A DNA stretch of 20,000 bases from IMG/VR virus record IMGVR_UViG_3300008255_000125. One strand, written 5' to 3'. Positions within the stretch are counted from its first letter, which is position 1. Every line of letters begins with the position of its first letter. The notes below the pieces were generated by a model. It saw only the letters and a program-made list of their open reading frames with translations. It was not told the origin of the DNA and searched no databases. Shown piece after piece: positions 1 to 9,402 of this stretch. Source of the DNA: an uncultured virus (IMG/VR IMGVR_UViG_3300008255_000125) (Duplodnaviria > Heunggongvirae > Uroviricota > Caudoviricetes). Position numbers and translations under genes: made by a program.

Positions 1-789
1 GAATGGCCAATATGCTTAAGAGAATTCGATAATGCTACTAAATCAATAGGAACATTGGGAGGTGGAAATCATTTCATAGAAATTCAAAAAGGATCAGATG
101 GATATATATGGATAATGATTCACTCAGGAAGCAGAAACTTAGGGAAACAAGTAGCAGATCACTACAACAAAATAGCAATAGAATTAAACGAAAAATATCA
201 TTCAAATGTTCCAAAAGAATGGGAATTAGCATTCTTACCAATTAATAGTGAAGAAGGACAATTGTATTTAAAAGAAATGCAATATTGTGTTGATTTCGCT
301 TTAGCCAATAGGAAATTAATGATAGCAAGAATCATGGATATCTTCATCGCAAAAACAAATTGCGCAGGATTCGATGATATTATTAACATAGCACACAATT
401 ATGCGTCACTCGAAAAACACTTCGGACATGAAGTCTGGATTCATAGAAAAGGAGCTACTCTCGCAACTAAAGATACTATCGGCATTATCCCAGGATCACA
501 AGGTACAAAGAGTTATATCGTTAGAGGTAAAGGAAACATATTCTCATTCCAATCATGTTCACATGGAGCTGGTCGTAAAATGGGAAGAAAAGAAGCAGAA
601 AGATCCTTGTCACTCGAAGAAGAAATCAAAAAGTTAGATGATCAAGGTATTATCCACGCGATAAGAGGAGTAAAAGAATTAGACGAAGCCCCAGGAGCTT
701 ACAAAGACATCAATATAGTAATGAAAAACCAAGATGATTTAGTCGACATCATGGTTGAATTAACTCCACTAGGAGTAATTAAAGGTTAA
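1..789 (+). CDS. rtcB: RtcB-family RNA ligase (3'-phosphate/5'-OH), 5'-truncated by the window edge
   Basis: Frame is open from base 1 (EWPICLREFDNATKSIGTLGGGNHFIE), so the TTG at 55 is not the true start. RtcB motifs GTLGGGNHFIE, HSGSR, HNYA, HRKGA, IPGSQG, SHGAGR and DEAPGAYK are present. Confidence 0.97.
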   Translation, partial: EWPICLREFDNATKSIGTLGGGNHFIEIQKGSDGYIWIMIHSGSRNLGKQVADHYNKIAIELNEKYHSNVPKEWELAFLPINSEEGQLYLKEMQYCVDFALANRKLMIARIMDIFIAKTNCAGFDDIINIAHNYASLEKHFGHEVWIHRKGATLATKDTIGIIPGSQGTKSYIVRGKGNIFSFQSCSHGAGRKMGRKEAERSLSLEEEIKKLDDQGIIHAIRGVKELDEAPGAYKDINIVMKNQDDLVDIMVELTPLGVIKG

Positions 790-796
790 TTTTCTA

Positions 797-1112
797 TATA
801 ATGTGTAAGGTTCTGGGCATTTATTATTATTAAAAATAAGTTCGAAACAATAATGTCTGCCACGAGAAATCGTAATTCTCGTGAGACCAAGTTAACTAGA
901 CAGGCGTAGTAATACGTTACATAAGGAAAATTAAAAGATATTTAAATTTATAAAGATTGATCGTCTTTATAAGTTTTTAAAATGTTTAATTAGAATTATG
1001 GTCGAAAGAACGCTTATATTTAATAATAACAAGAAGAATAATAGAAGAGAAAAATTCAAAAGATTTCTCGCTCTATCAAGTATTATTCGGGCCCAGAACC
1101 TTACACATTATA
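797..1112 (+). ncRNA. Putative ~316 nt structured RNA closed by a perfect 22 bp terminal stem
   Basis: 797-818 TATAATGTGTAAGGTTCTGGGC is the exact reverse complement of 1091-1112. Nested stems: 824-840/1013-1029, 861-868/876-883, 904-917 (GUAA tetraloop), 944-957/963-976 (two G-U pairs on + strand), 1036-1043/1081-1088. No ORF in the supplied track. Confidence 0.7.
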
Positions 1113-1128
1113 ATTAATTAATAAATAT

Positions 1129-1308
1129 ATGCCAGAACTAGAAAGTGTTTTAGCAATTAAAGATAAAGATGGAAACTTAATAGCAATCGTATATAACAAC
1201 TTAAAAAAGAAATCACAAATCTTTTATAAAACAAAGGAATGTGGATCAGAAGATATTAAGCAGTTATTAGAAGATTTATTAAATAAACAACAGATAACAC
1301 AACCATAA
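1129..1308 (+). CDS. Small hypothetical protein (59 aa, MPELESVLAIKDKDGNLIAIVY...), absent from ORF track
   Basis: Translated by hand. AT-rich start context like its neighbours; ends 5 nt before lemA. Confidence 0.8.
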   Translation: MPELESVLAIKDKDGNLIAIVYNNLKKKSQIFYKTKECGSEDIKQLLEDLLNKQQITQP

Positions 1309-1313
1309 TTAAA

Positions 1314-1898
1314 ATGAATAAATTTAAAACATCATCAATCGTAATAATAGCAACATTAGTAATAGTAATAATATCTACATTATCATGGGTTAAAAACTCA
1401 TACAATTCAATGATAGATATATCATCACAAGTAGATACAGCTTATGCCTCTATACAAACACAATACCAAAGACGTTTTGATTTAATTCCAAACCTAGCAG
1501 AAGCTACAAAAGGATATATGAATCAAGAACAGAAAGTATTTGGAGATATAGCTGTAGCAAGAACACATTATGCAGGAACTTCAACAGGATCTGCAGAACA
1601 AATAGGAGCAATGGGAGAATATAACTCAGCTCTATCACGTTTAATGGTTATAATGGAAAATTATCCAGATCTAAAATCTAATGAAACTGTCAAGAACCTC
1701 ATGGATGAATTATCTGGAACTGAAAATAGAATAAATGTATCAAGAGAAAGATATAATGAAACAGCTAGAATATATAATGTATTAATCAAATCATTCCCTA
1801 AAAATCTAATTGCTGGGAAATTTGGATTTACAAGTCGTGAATTATTCAAAGCAGATAACTCCGCACAAGAAGCAATTAAAATTAATCTAACAAATTAA
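1314..1898 (+). CDS. lemA: LemA family membrane protein
   Basis: N-terminal TM helix; motifs QYQRRFDLIPNL, ENYPDLKSN, TENRINVSRERYN, FPKNLIA. Confidence 0.96.
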   Translation: MNKFKTSSIVIIATLVIVIISTLSWVKNSYNSMIDISSQVDTAYASIQTQYQRRFDLIPNLAEATKGYMNQEQKVFGDIAVARTHYAGTSTGSAEQIGAMGEYNSALSRLMVIMENYPDLKSNETVKNLMDELSGTENRINVSRERYNETARIYNVLIKSFPKNLIAGKFGFTSRELFKADNSAQEAIKINLTN

Positions 1899-1899
1899 T

Positions 1900-2457
1900 A
1901 TGAAAAAAATATTAAACATCGCAGGATGGATAGTATTAGCAATATTATTCATCTTTATTTTATCAGAAGCACTAAAAGCTATTGATAAAAATAAAATAGA
2001 CCCCAAAACACTTACCACTGGTCCAGCTAACTCAGGAGTAATCATAGATCAAGAAATTCCTAATGTAATAGGGTACATAGATGATTCAGCTAATATACTA
2101 AGTACAGAAACAAAGGTTTCACTTACTGCACTATTAACAGAATTTGCAAAAGGAGACAAAGGAGAAATAGCAATTCTTACAGTTCCTTCTATGAATGGAT
2201 TAACAATAGAAGAATTTGGAATTAGAGTAGGAGAAAAATGGAAAGTAGGAAAAGCTGGAATAGACAATGGAGTAATTATTATTATTGCTTTAAACGAACG
2301 TAAAGTTAGAATTGAAACAGGAAGAGGTGCAAATATCACAGACGCTCAAGCAGGTCAAATTCTTGATAATAAAATGGTTCCCAAACTCAAAAAAGGAGAT
2401 TGGAATGGAGCTGTTCAGGACGGAGTTCAAGAAATTATACTTTTAATGAATAGATAA
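1900..2457 (+). CDS. TPM-domain (YgcG-like) protein lacking the usual C-terminal TM and Gly tail
   Basis: N-terminal TM; YIDDSANILS, EIAILTVPS, WKVGKAGIDNGV, ERKVRIETGRG; adjacent to lemA as is common for this family. Confidence 0.93.
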   Translation: MKKILNIAGWIVLAILFIFILSEALKAIDKNKIDPKTLTTGPANSGVIIDQEIPNVIGYIDDSANILSTETKVSLTALLTEFAKGDKGEIAILTVPSMNGLTIEEFGIRVGEKWKVGKAGIDNGVIIIIALNERKVRIETGRGANITDAQAGQILDNKMVPKLKKGDWNGAVQDGVQEIILLMNR

Positions 2458-2460
2458 TTT

Positions 2461-2631
2461 ATGGATAAATGCCCAAAATGTAAAGAAAAACAAGAAAGCA
2501 AAATGGATAAAATTTATGTAAAGCTTTATGGAAATTGTTGGTCTTGTGATAGAGATCTATGGGAAAAGAAAAAACTTACCCTAGAAGAGTTTGAAAAACG
2601 TGAACAAGAAGCATTAAAAAATACAATCTAA
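2461..2631 (+). CDS. Small putative Zn-binding protein (56 aa; CPKC...CWSC), absent from ORF track
   Basis: Hand translation MDKCPKCKEKQ...GNCWSCDRDLWEKK...; fills the gap between genes exactly. Confidence 0.85.
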   Translation: MDKCPKCKEKQESKMDKIYVKLYGNCWSCDRDLWEKKKLTLEEFEKREQEALKNTI

Positions 2632-2645
2632 TTTAAAAAATAACA

Positions 2646-3089
2646 ATGAATACATATAAAATTGGTCAAGAAGGAATTGATAAAAACTTAATAGAACTTG
2701 GAGATAAAATCGAATTAACAAATCAAACACAAGAAGTTGTAAAATGTATTGAAAGTGGAGTAAAAATGTTAAACATCGATGCAGATCAACTTATGCCAGG
2801 AGATTTAAGTTTTATTAAAAAGCTTGGATTAACAATATCCAACCCAGAAACAGATAAACCTATAGCCTTAGGTGTTGAATATAAAACATTTGGAAGGAAA
2901 CTTGCAGATTGGTTTGAAAGAGAATCAGATGAAGAAGATAATGATGATGATGATAGTTTCTTCTCACACACACCATCATCTGGAGGTTCAATCTTTGGAG
3001 GAAGTAGTGGATTTGGAGGCTTTGGAGGTGGATTCGGAGGCTTTGGAGGTGGATCATTTGGTGGAGGTGGAATGAGTAGAGGATTCTAA
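2646..3089 (+). CDS. Hypothetical protein with acidic linker and GGFGG-rich C-terminal tail
   Basis: Tail GGFGGGFGGFGGGSFGGGGMSRGF resembles the tail of TPM/YgcG proteins; no TM segment. Confidence 0.85.
   Translation: MNTYKIGQEGIDKNLIELGDKIELTNQTQEVVKCIESGVKMLNIDADQLMPGDLSFIKKLGLTISNPETDKPIALGVEYKTFGRKLADWFERESDEEDNDDDDSFFSHTPSSGGSIFGGSSGFGGFGGGFGGFGGGSFGGGGMSRGF
3009..3054 (+). repeat. 21 nt coding tandem repeat, about 2.2 copies
   Basis: GGATTTGGAGGCTTTGGAGGT / GGATTCGGAGGCTTTGGAGGT / GGAT. Confidence 0.85.
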
Positions 3090-3092
3090 TCT

Positions 3093-3416
3093 ATGTCAAA
3101 ATGTGTACCAGATAGATACTTAATTCCAAAAGAATTAAAAAAAACGACACGTTACACAGACGAGCAAAGAGCGAATGTAAAAATTCTTTATGAAAAAGGA
3201 AATAGCATTCGCTCAATATCTCGTGAAATACCAATGAGTAGAAGAATGGTTCAATTCATTCTATTCCCAGAACGTGCATTATTAGCTAAAAAGAACTTTG
3301 CAATACGACAAAAAGATGGAAGATATAGATATGAAACAAAGAAACAAAGTAACTTAGTTCAACAAGTTCGAAGTCGAAAACGTCAAATGTTGGACAAATT
3401 AATAAAAAAAATATGA
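3093..3416 (+). CDS. Basic helix-turn-helix DNA-binding protein
   Basis: YTDEQRANVKILYEKGNSIRSISREIPMSRRMVQFIL fits an HTH pattern. Confidence 0.75.
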   Translation: MSKCVPDRYLIPKELKKTTRYTDEQRANVKILYEKGNSIRSISREIPMSRRMVQFILFPERALLAKKNFAIRQKDGRYRYETKKQSNLVQQVRSRKRQMLDKLIKKI

Positions 3417-4261
3417 AATATCTCATCGGCATAACAGCCTCAAAAAGTAAAACTCAAAACTTCATAAATGATGCATACATAACAGCATTCACAACAGAAG
3501 TTACAACCCCAATAATAATTCCTAATATATTTCAATCAAAAAATGAAATAATAACAAAGGAAGATAAAAAGAAAATGTTAATCGATGTAATAAGATTAGC
3601 TGACACCTTAGACGCATTAGTATTGTCAGGAGGAGCTGATATTAGTCCAGTATTTTATAATAATAAAATAGAAGATTCTTCTTCTTTTAATTATCATAGA
3701 GATTACATGGAAACAGAATTGATTAAAGAATTCGTAAAAAGAAAAAAACCAATAATGGGAATTTGCAGAGGATTCCAATTATTAGGAATATCTTTCAAAT
3801 TAAATTACTTCCAACAAGATATATCAATTGCAGATGAACAGCATAATGGAAATTCAAGTGATATAAACCTAAGAACAGAACCAATGCACAGTGCATTTGT
3901 ATTTGGAGATTTTAGAACTTACTGTGAAAAACAAGGAATGGAAGAAAATAAAATGATAACAAATTCTTGGCATGAACAAGGTTTCACATTAAAACCAGAC
4001 GGAGGAAGAGTGAAAAATAAAGAAATAGAAGCTTACGTAACAGAAAGAGAAGAATTTTCCGATCTTCAAAAGGAAAGAATTAATACGTTTCCAAATATTG
4101 ACATAATAATGGCAACGAATTACGTAATAGAAGGATTTGAACATAAAACATACCCTATATTGGCATTCCAAAATCACCCTGAGGAATACACAAATAGCGT
4201 AGCTATTAATTATTTCATAGAAAAATACTTAATAAAACCAGTCCTTAAAAAGGAGGAATAA
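3413..4261 (+). CDS. Peptidase C26 / gamma-glutamyl-gamma-aminobutyrate hydrolase-like class I glutamine amidotransferase
   Basis: LDALVLSGGADISP, nucleophile elbow GICRGFQ, NSWHEQG and QNHPEE (Cys-His-Glu triad). Confidence 0.93.
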   Translation: MKYLIGITASKSKTQNFINDAYITAFTTEVTTPIIIPNIFQSKNEIITKEDKKKMLIDVIRLADTLDALVLSGGADISPVFYNNKIEDSSSFNYHRDYMETELIKEFVKRKKPIMGICRGFQLLGISFKLNYFQQDISIADEQHNGNSSDINLRTEPMHSAFVFGDFRTYCEKQGMEENKMITNSWHEQGFTLKPDGGRVKNKEIEAYVTEREEFSDLQKERINTFPNIDIIMATNYVIEGFEHKTYPILAFQNHPEEYTNSVAINYFIEKYLIKPVLKKEE

Positions 4262-4263
4262 TC

Positions 4264-4674
4264 ATGGGATTTGATTTAGAAGGCCAAAACGCCAAAAACG
4301 AAGAGGGTGAATACTTTAGAAATAATATTTGGTGGTGGAGAAATCTATGGAGATTTGTAACAATTCACTGCGACAAAATATTAACAGACAAAGAAAAAGA
4401 TTACGGAAACTGGAACGAAGGAAAAAAGATAGTGAAACCAAAAGCTGAGAAAATTGTAAAAAGATTAAAAGAAACAATATCTAATGGGAAAGCATTAGAA
4501 TTTGAAACAGCTGTAAAAAAAGCTCAAGAAAAAGCGAAAAGTAACAATAAAAAATTAAAAGGAGGAGTAACTGATAATGAATATGATTTCAGAGAAAATT
4601 ACCCCTTCACGGTCGAAAACCTAAAAGCATTCATAAAATTCGTAGAAAATAGCGGCGGATTCAGAATCTTTTAA
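4264..4674 (+). CDS. Hypothetical phage-type protein (YFRNNIWWW motif)
   Basis: Tightly packed ORF with typical codon usage; AGGAGG upstream. Confidence 0.85.
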   Translation: MGFDLEGQNAKNEEGEYFRNNIWWWRNLWRFVTIHCDKILTDKEKDYGNWNEGKKIVKPKAEKIVKRLKETISNGKALEFETAVKKAQEKAKSNNKKLKGGVTDNEYDFRENYPFTVENLKAFIKFVENSGGFRIF

Positions 4675-4697
4675 TTACAAATAATTAAAAAATTAAT

Positions 4698-5231
4698 ATG
4701 TGGAAATGCCCAGAATGTAGACATGAAATAGATAGAGTACAATACAATGTAAGTACATCAGGATCTGAATATGGAACAGCTTCATTAGTCGAAAATAATC
4801 CAACAAACACCAGGGACAGAGCAGAAGATTTTGAGCAAGATGATTATGGTGACACAGAATGGAACGATACACCAGAATACACATGTCCAGAATGTGATAA
4901 CAATATAAACTTAGAAGATTTAATCTGGATAAACGAAGACGACGATGAAGATGAAGATGATGATAAACCAAAACCAGAACCAGAGCCAGAAGAAACATTG
5001 CATAATATTATATTACCAGAAAATAATATAGTAAGAACAGATCTACCAAGACAAGCTGATGAATCAATTATTTGTAAAAATAAAAAATGTAAGCACATAT
5101 TCGTAGTCGAAAAAGCAACTAGATATGGATATGGGTTAAGAGATGATGAAGAAACATTTGAATGTCCTAAATGTGCAACATCAAATACTCTTACAGAATA
5201 CAAAGAATTATTATTAAAAGGCTATTTTTAA
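4698..5231 (+). CDS. Highly acidic multi-zinc-ribbon protein
   Basis: CPEC, CPEC, CKNKKC and CPKC cysteine pairs; D/E run and (K/E)P repeat linker. Confidence 0.85.
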   Translation: MWKCPECRHEIDRVQYNVSTSGSEYGTASLVENNPTNTRDRAEDFEQDDYGDTEWNDTPEYTCPECDNNINLEDLIWINEDDDEDEDDDKPKPEPEPEETLHNIILPENNIVRTDLPRQADESIICKNKKCKHIFVVEKATRYGYGLRDDEETFECPKCATSNTLTEYKELLLKGYF

Positions 5232-5232
5232 T

Positions 5233-6273
5233 ATGGTAGATAAAAAACTAAAAATAGATTTAACTCCATTATGGAGTCAACCAACAGATAAATTCATATT
5301 AAGGTTCTTAGATATGAATGAAACACACAAAAGAAAACTAGCTCAACGAATAAAAGATGTAGCTAAACAAAGAACAATAAGAAAACAAACAGGCCCAACA
5401 GTCCAAACTCTATACGAAGCATTAGAAGAAATAAACCCAATAATATTCGGAGAATATAACCAAGAAAACACATACAGAACAGTTATGGGATACAAATCCT
5501 TTAATATGAATGTAGCAAGAACAATAGCAGGTTATTCATTCCATAATTTATGCCAAGCAGTTTATTTAACCACGTGCATAAAAAGAAGATTACGTAAAAA
5601 AGAACTAATGGATATAGCTTATTTGACTTGTCAGGATTGGACAAAAGTAGGAAACTATATAGATCAAAATTACATAGAAGAAATAAATCAAACAAGGAAT
5701 CTAATGCCAGAAGAAGTAGGGATGGATGATGTTCAAAGAGCAAGACAAAATGCTGAAAACAATGGAGCTAATAGAATACCACAAGAAATATTAGATGAAG
5801 GATTATCAGATGAAGCTCAAGAAATATTAAATGGGTTTGTTGATCACGGTCTTGTAACAGACGAAGAACTAAGAACAATGGGAACTCGAGCTGTACTAAT
5901 GGATCCAAGAACAGATAGAAACGATAGAAACATCAGACTCTTAAATGAAAACCTAGAAGTTGTAGAAAGAGAAATAAGATCAATACAACAAAATGATAAC
6001 CCATACCAATATGGAAATACAGAATGGGGACAATATGAAGAAAACAGAAGACAAATGCTTCAGGAATTAGAAGCTGAGAGACTAAGAATGAGAGAAAGAA
6101 TTAGGCTAGAAAGAGGTGTAAGAGTAACCCCAAATCAGTTACATGAGTACCAAGTAAACATACTAGAAGCAGAACCAGCTCCAACAGATTGGGCCTGGAC
6201 AGCTGAGCCTATGGAAATGAGAGTAAGAGGAATAAACCCTGACTTTATGGTCGTAGATGAAGTCGAAGAATAA
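5233..6273 (+). CDS. Hypothetical protein, basic N-half and acidic/coiled-coil C-half ending DEVEE
   Basis: 346 aa ORF tightly packed in the operon; no recognisable family. Confidence 0.85.
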   Translation: MVDKKLKIDLTPLWSQPTDKFILRFLDMNETHKRKLAQRIKDVAKQRTIRKQTGPTVQTLYEALEEINPIIFGEYNQENTYRTVMGYKSFNMNVARTIAGYSFHNLCQAVYLTTCIKRRLRKKELMDIAYLTCQDWTKVGNYIDQNYIEEINQTRNLMPEEVGMDDVQRARQNAENNGANRIPQEILDEGLSDEAQEILNGFVDHGLVTDEELRTMGTRAVLMDPRTDRNDRNIRLLNENLEVVEREIRSIQQNDNPYQYGNTEWGQYEENRRQMLQELEAERLRMRERIRLERGVRVTPNQLHEYQVNILEAEPAPTDWAWTAEPMEMRVRGINPDFMVVDEVEE

Positions 6274-6294
6274 AAATAATTAATAAATAACAAT

Positions 6295-7908
6295 ATGCCA
6301 AATGTAAAAAAAGGATTTGCTTTTAAGGTAGGAGCAGATCCAGAATTCGTTTTAACAATGCAAGGTAGGAAAGTAGACGCTAAACAAACCATGCAAATAG
6401 CCTTAAGTAGAAAAGCAGGATTTAAGGCAGATAGAAATGATATGGGATTCGACGTAGAACCATATGGAAATATCGGTTGGGATGGATCATCATCTACAGC
6501 TGAAATAAGACCTAAGGCATCCTATAAGCCACAAGATGTAGTAAACAACATAGGAGGAATGCTAAAAGGTTTTATAAAACACATTAAATTCTGTGATATG
6601 TCAACAATATCAGAACATAGTTCTGTAGGAGGACATATCCACCTAGAAGTTCCAAAAGGTGAAAAATGGACAACAGAAAAAAAGAATACTCTCCACAGGA
6701 GAATGGCTTCTTTTTATCTACCATTATTAATCACAGAAAATAAAACTAATCTTAATTTAAGATTAAAGCAAAATTACGGAGCATTAAAAGACAGTAGAAT
6801 TGAACAGAAATTCAAATATGAAGATGGATCACCAGGATTCACATATGAATTTAGAGTCCCTTCAGCAGAGTGGTTAACAACACCTAAAATAGCTCAAGCA
6901 ACAATAGCTTATATGGGAGTTGTTTATCATGAAATAATGAAACATCCAAAGAATTTCACAAAATTCAATGATATTGTCTACAAAAGCGATAAACAAGGAG
7001 ATGCACTACAAACATTAGCAATAATGGAATTTGATGTATTAACACAAAGCATCCTAAATAAAGTAAAAAGATATATTAGAACATTCGAAATGTATCCATA
7101 TTATAAAGATGAAATTGAATATCTATTTAACTCAAAACAGGTAGTTAAAGATAAGCAAAAAGCAGATTATAATATTGCCTTAGGGTGGAATTTGATAGGA
7201 AAAACAATACCAAAGAAATCAGAAATCCTAGCTTCAAAGAAAAAAATACAAGGAATAGCAGCTCAAAAGGATTTCGACAACTTAAAATCTGTAATAAACA
7301 TTCACTATAATGCTGATACAAACGTAGCATTATTTGCAGATAGTTTAAAAGATAGAGTTGCCGCTTTCAATTGGAAACTTAAAAATAATTATTACCTATT
7401 CGGAATGAGAAAAGGAATAGATACAATTATTGCAAAAAATCTTAAAAAAGAATTCTTAACAGGACAAAAGGTTATTAAAACAATCCTAGAAAAAGATTAT
7501 ATAGATAGATTATTTGACAAAATGGGAACAAGATTCAATACTAATAGCGGAATGTTAAACAATCCAACATTAGATTTTATGACAGGAAAAATAAAAGACA
7601 TGAGAGAATCAGTCATAGTTATCGGAATACCATACTCAATGAGAATAGAAGAAAATATTAAACCATTCCTAAACTTTATTTGGTCACTAGAGAAAGGAGA
7701 CGTCCAAAAAATGAATAAAAAGGACGAGAACAAATTAATTGATGATACTGAATTACCATTAGAACAAAAAGGAGAAATATATAGAATCCTAACGAAACAA
7801 ATGGAAATAAATCAAGAAGTTGTCATGGATACAGGCTCACATAGTCTTCAAAATCACGAAAGAGCTGTAAACGAAATGATAAATGAATGCCAAACAGAAG
7901 GACAATAA
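6295..7908 (+). CDS. phiEco32-like COOH-NH2 ligase type 2 (glutamine synthetase/GCS fold) with long C-terminal extension
   Basis: GADPEF, DG...AEIRP, GGHIH and YEFR motifs in family order; adjacent to a class II GATase. Confidence 0.88.
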   Translation: MPNVKKGFAFKVGADPEFVLTMQGRKVDAKQTMQIALSRKAGFKADRNDMGFDVEPYGNIGWDGSSSTAEIRPKASYKPQDVVNNIGGMLKGFIKHIKFCDMSTISEHSSVGGHIHLEVPKGEKWTTEKKNTLHRRMASFYLPLLITENKTNLNLRLKQNYGALKDSRIEQKFKYEDGSPGFTYEFRVPSAEWLTTPKIAQATIAYMGVVYHEIMKHPKNFTKFNDIVYKSDKQGDALQTLAIMEFDVLTQSILNKVKRYIRTFEMYPYYKDEIEYLFNSKQVVKDKQKADYNIALGWNLIGKTIPKKSEILASKKKIQGIAAQKDFDNLKSVINIHYNADTNVALFADSLKDRVAAFNWKLKNNYYLFGMRKGIDTIIAKNLKKEFLTGQKVIKTILEKDYIDRLFDKMGTRFNTNSGMLNNPTLDFMTGKIKDMRESVIVIGIPYSMRIEENIKPFLNFIWSLEKGDVQKMNKKDENKLIDDTELPLEQKGEIYRILTKQMEINQEVVMDTGSHSLQNHERAVNEMINECQTEGQ

Positions 7909-7936
7909 TATTATCAATTAATAAATTAAAACAATT

Positions 7937-9397
7937 ATGTGTGGATTAATCGCAGGGTTCAGTACAACTACACCCAAAACAAAAAGCGCTAAGGCTACCA
8001 AAGCTGTAAGTATAAACGATCTAATTATTAATCAATATGAAGATCAATACAATAGAGGTCAAAAAGGATTTGGGATAGTAAGAATAGCTAAAAACGGAAA
8101 AGTAGATCTAGACAGAGCAACGGAACCTCAAAAATTCCTATTAGATCTATATATGAAACCAGCCACTATGATAGTAGCACATCATAGAACACCAACATCA
8201 ACTGAAAATAAAATACAACAAACACACCCAATCAAAGTATCAAATAAACAATTAAAATTTGATTATTATGTAGTTCATAATGGAATGATCAGTAATGATG
8301 AAGAATTAAAAAAGAAACATGAAAAAGAAGGATTTGTATACACAACAAAGTGTATAGAATATGTAAGTAAATATTACAGAAATGATCCAAAGACAAAATG
8401 GAATGATTCAGAAGCAATAGCTATAGAATTAGCTCTATTTATAGAAGGAAAAATAAAAGCAATAAGAACAGATAACTCAGCAGCTTTTATAGTTGTTCAA
8501 GTAAGTAAAAAAGCAGGAATAGCAAAAAGATGCTTCTTTGGAAGAAATGGTTTTAGTAGTGCATTAAACATGTCTAAAACTAAAGGAACATTACTTATCT
8601 CAAGTGAAGGTAAAGGAGATGAAGTTAAAGAAAATAAACTATATTCATTTAACGTAAGAGACGAAAAAATGAAATTAGAATCTAAAGCTATTCCATTCGA
8701 AAAAGAAAAAGTGATAGAAGTTAAAACAACAACATTAACAACAGTTGAAAAAACAGAGCCAACCAAAAAAGAAGTAGAATCATTAACATGTGAACAAGCT
8801 ACTTTAATTCCAATAGAAAACGAACCAATAACCGAAAAAGATAAAGTTGTAACACCATATGAATTAAGAGCGTGGATAGACGTAGACACAGATCCAATCT
8901 TAGATTTAGATTTCAACGCAGATATATTTACAGATAAAAAATATAAAGAAAATCTATGCGAAGAATTTAGCTTTCAGTTAAAAGGTTCAGCTACAAATGA
9001 AATTAAAAGACAAATAACTGAAAAATTAGAAGAAGAAGTTGAAAAAATAACAGAACTAGCTGAAAACTTCAAAGATATTTGCCAAAGCAGTAAGATACAA
9101 GACCCAGAAAGAAATTTCTTCTTAGCTCAAATAGCAAATCAATTCAAAGCAATGGAGGCTATCACAGATATAGCTAGTGAAGAATATATAAAAGCTCAAA
9201 TCATCGAAGATAAAGAAGAAATAGCTGATTATAACGCTGGATTTCATCTAGATGATATGGCATATTCAAAAGAAACAGGAATGCCAGATTATGATGTTGG
9301 TTATAGAAGTAGAGAAGGAGTGACACATATTCACGGAGGTCACAGATATGGACAAGGAATAAGAGATGATGATGATTACGGAATAGATAGATTCTAA
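7937..9397 (+). CDS. Class II (Ntn) glutamine amidotransferase-domain protein with acidic C-terminal region
   Basis: N-terminal MCG nucleophile, RG, HHRTPT, THP, HNG, DSE; no SIS, PRTase or asparagine synthase domain follows. Confidence 0.92.
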   Translation: MCGLIAGFSTTTPKTKSAKATKAVSINDLIINQYEDQYNRGQKGFGIVRIAKNGKVDLDRATEPQKFLLDLYMKPATMIVAHHRTPTSTENKIQQTHPIKVSNKQLKFDYYVVHNGMISNDEELKKKHEKEGFVYTTKCIEYVSKYYRNDPKTKWNDSEAIAIELALFIEGKIKAIRTDNSAAFIVVQVSKKAGIAKRCFFGRNGFSSALNMSKTKGTLLISSEGKGDEVKENKLYSFNVRDEKMKLESKAIPFEKEKVIEVKTTTLTTVEKTEPTKKEVESLTCEQATLIPIENEPITEKDKVVTPYELRAWIDVDTDPILDLDFNADIFTDKKYKENLCEEFSFQLKGSATNEIKRQITEKLEEEVEKITELAENFKDICQSSKIQDPERNFFLAQIANQFKAMEAITDIASEEYIKAQIIEDKEEIADYNAGFHLDDMAYSKETGMPDYDVGYRSREGVTHIHGGHRYGQGIRDDDDYGIDRF

Positions 9398-9402
9398 ATA
9401 AC

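Noticed and set aside
851..926. Hammerhead or hairpin ribozyme core inside the first RNA
   Set aside because: No CUGANGA/GAAA hammerhead core and no convincing hairpin-ribozyme loop A/B consensus by eye.
797..1112. Retron msr-msd (a1/a2 inverted repeats) or MITE interpretation
   Set aside because: No reverse transcriptase or transposase in the window, and no second copy or clear target-site duplication. Not excluded genome-wide.
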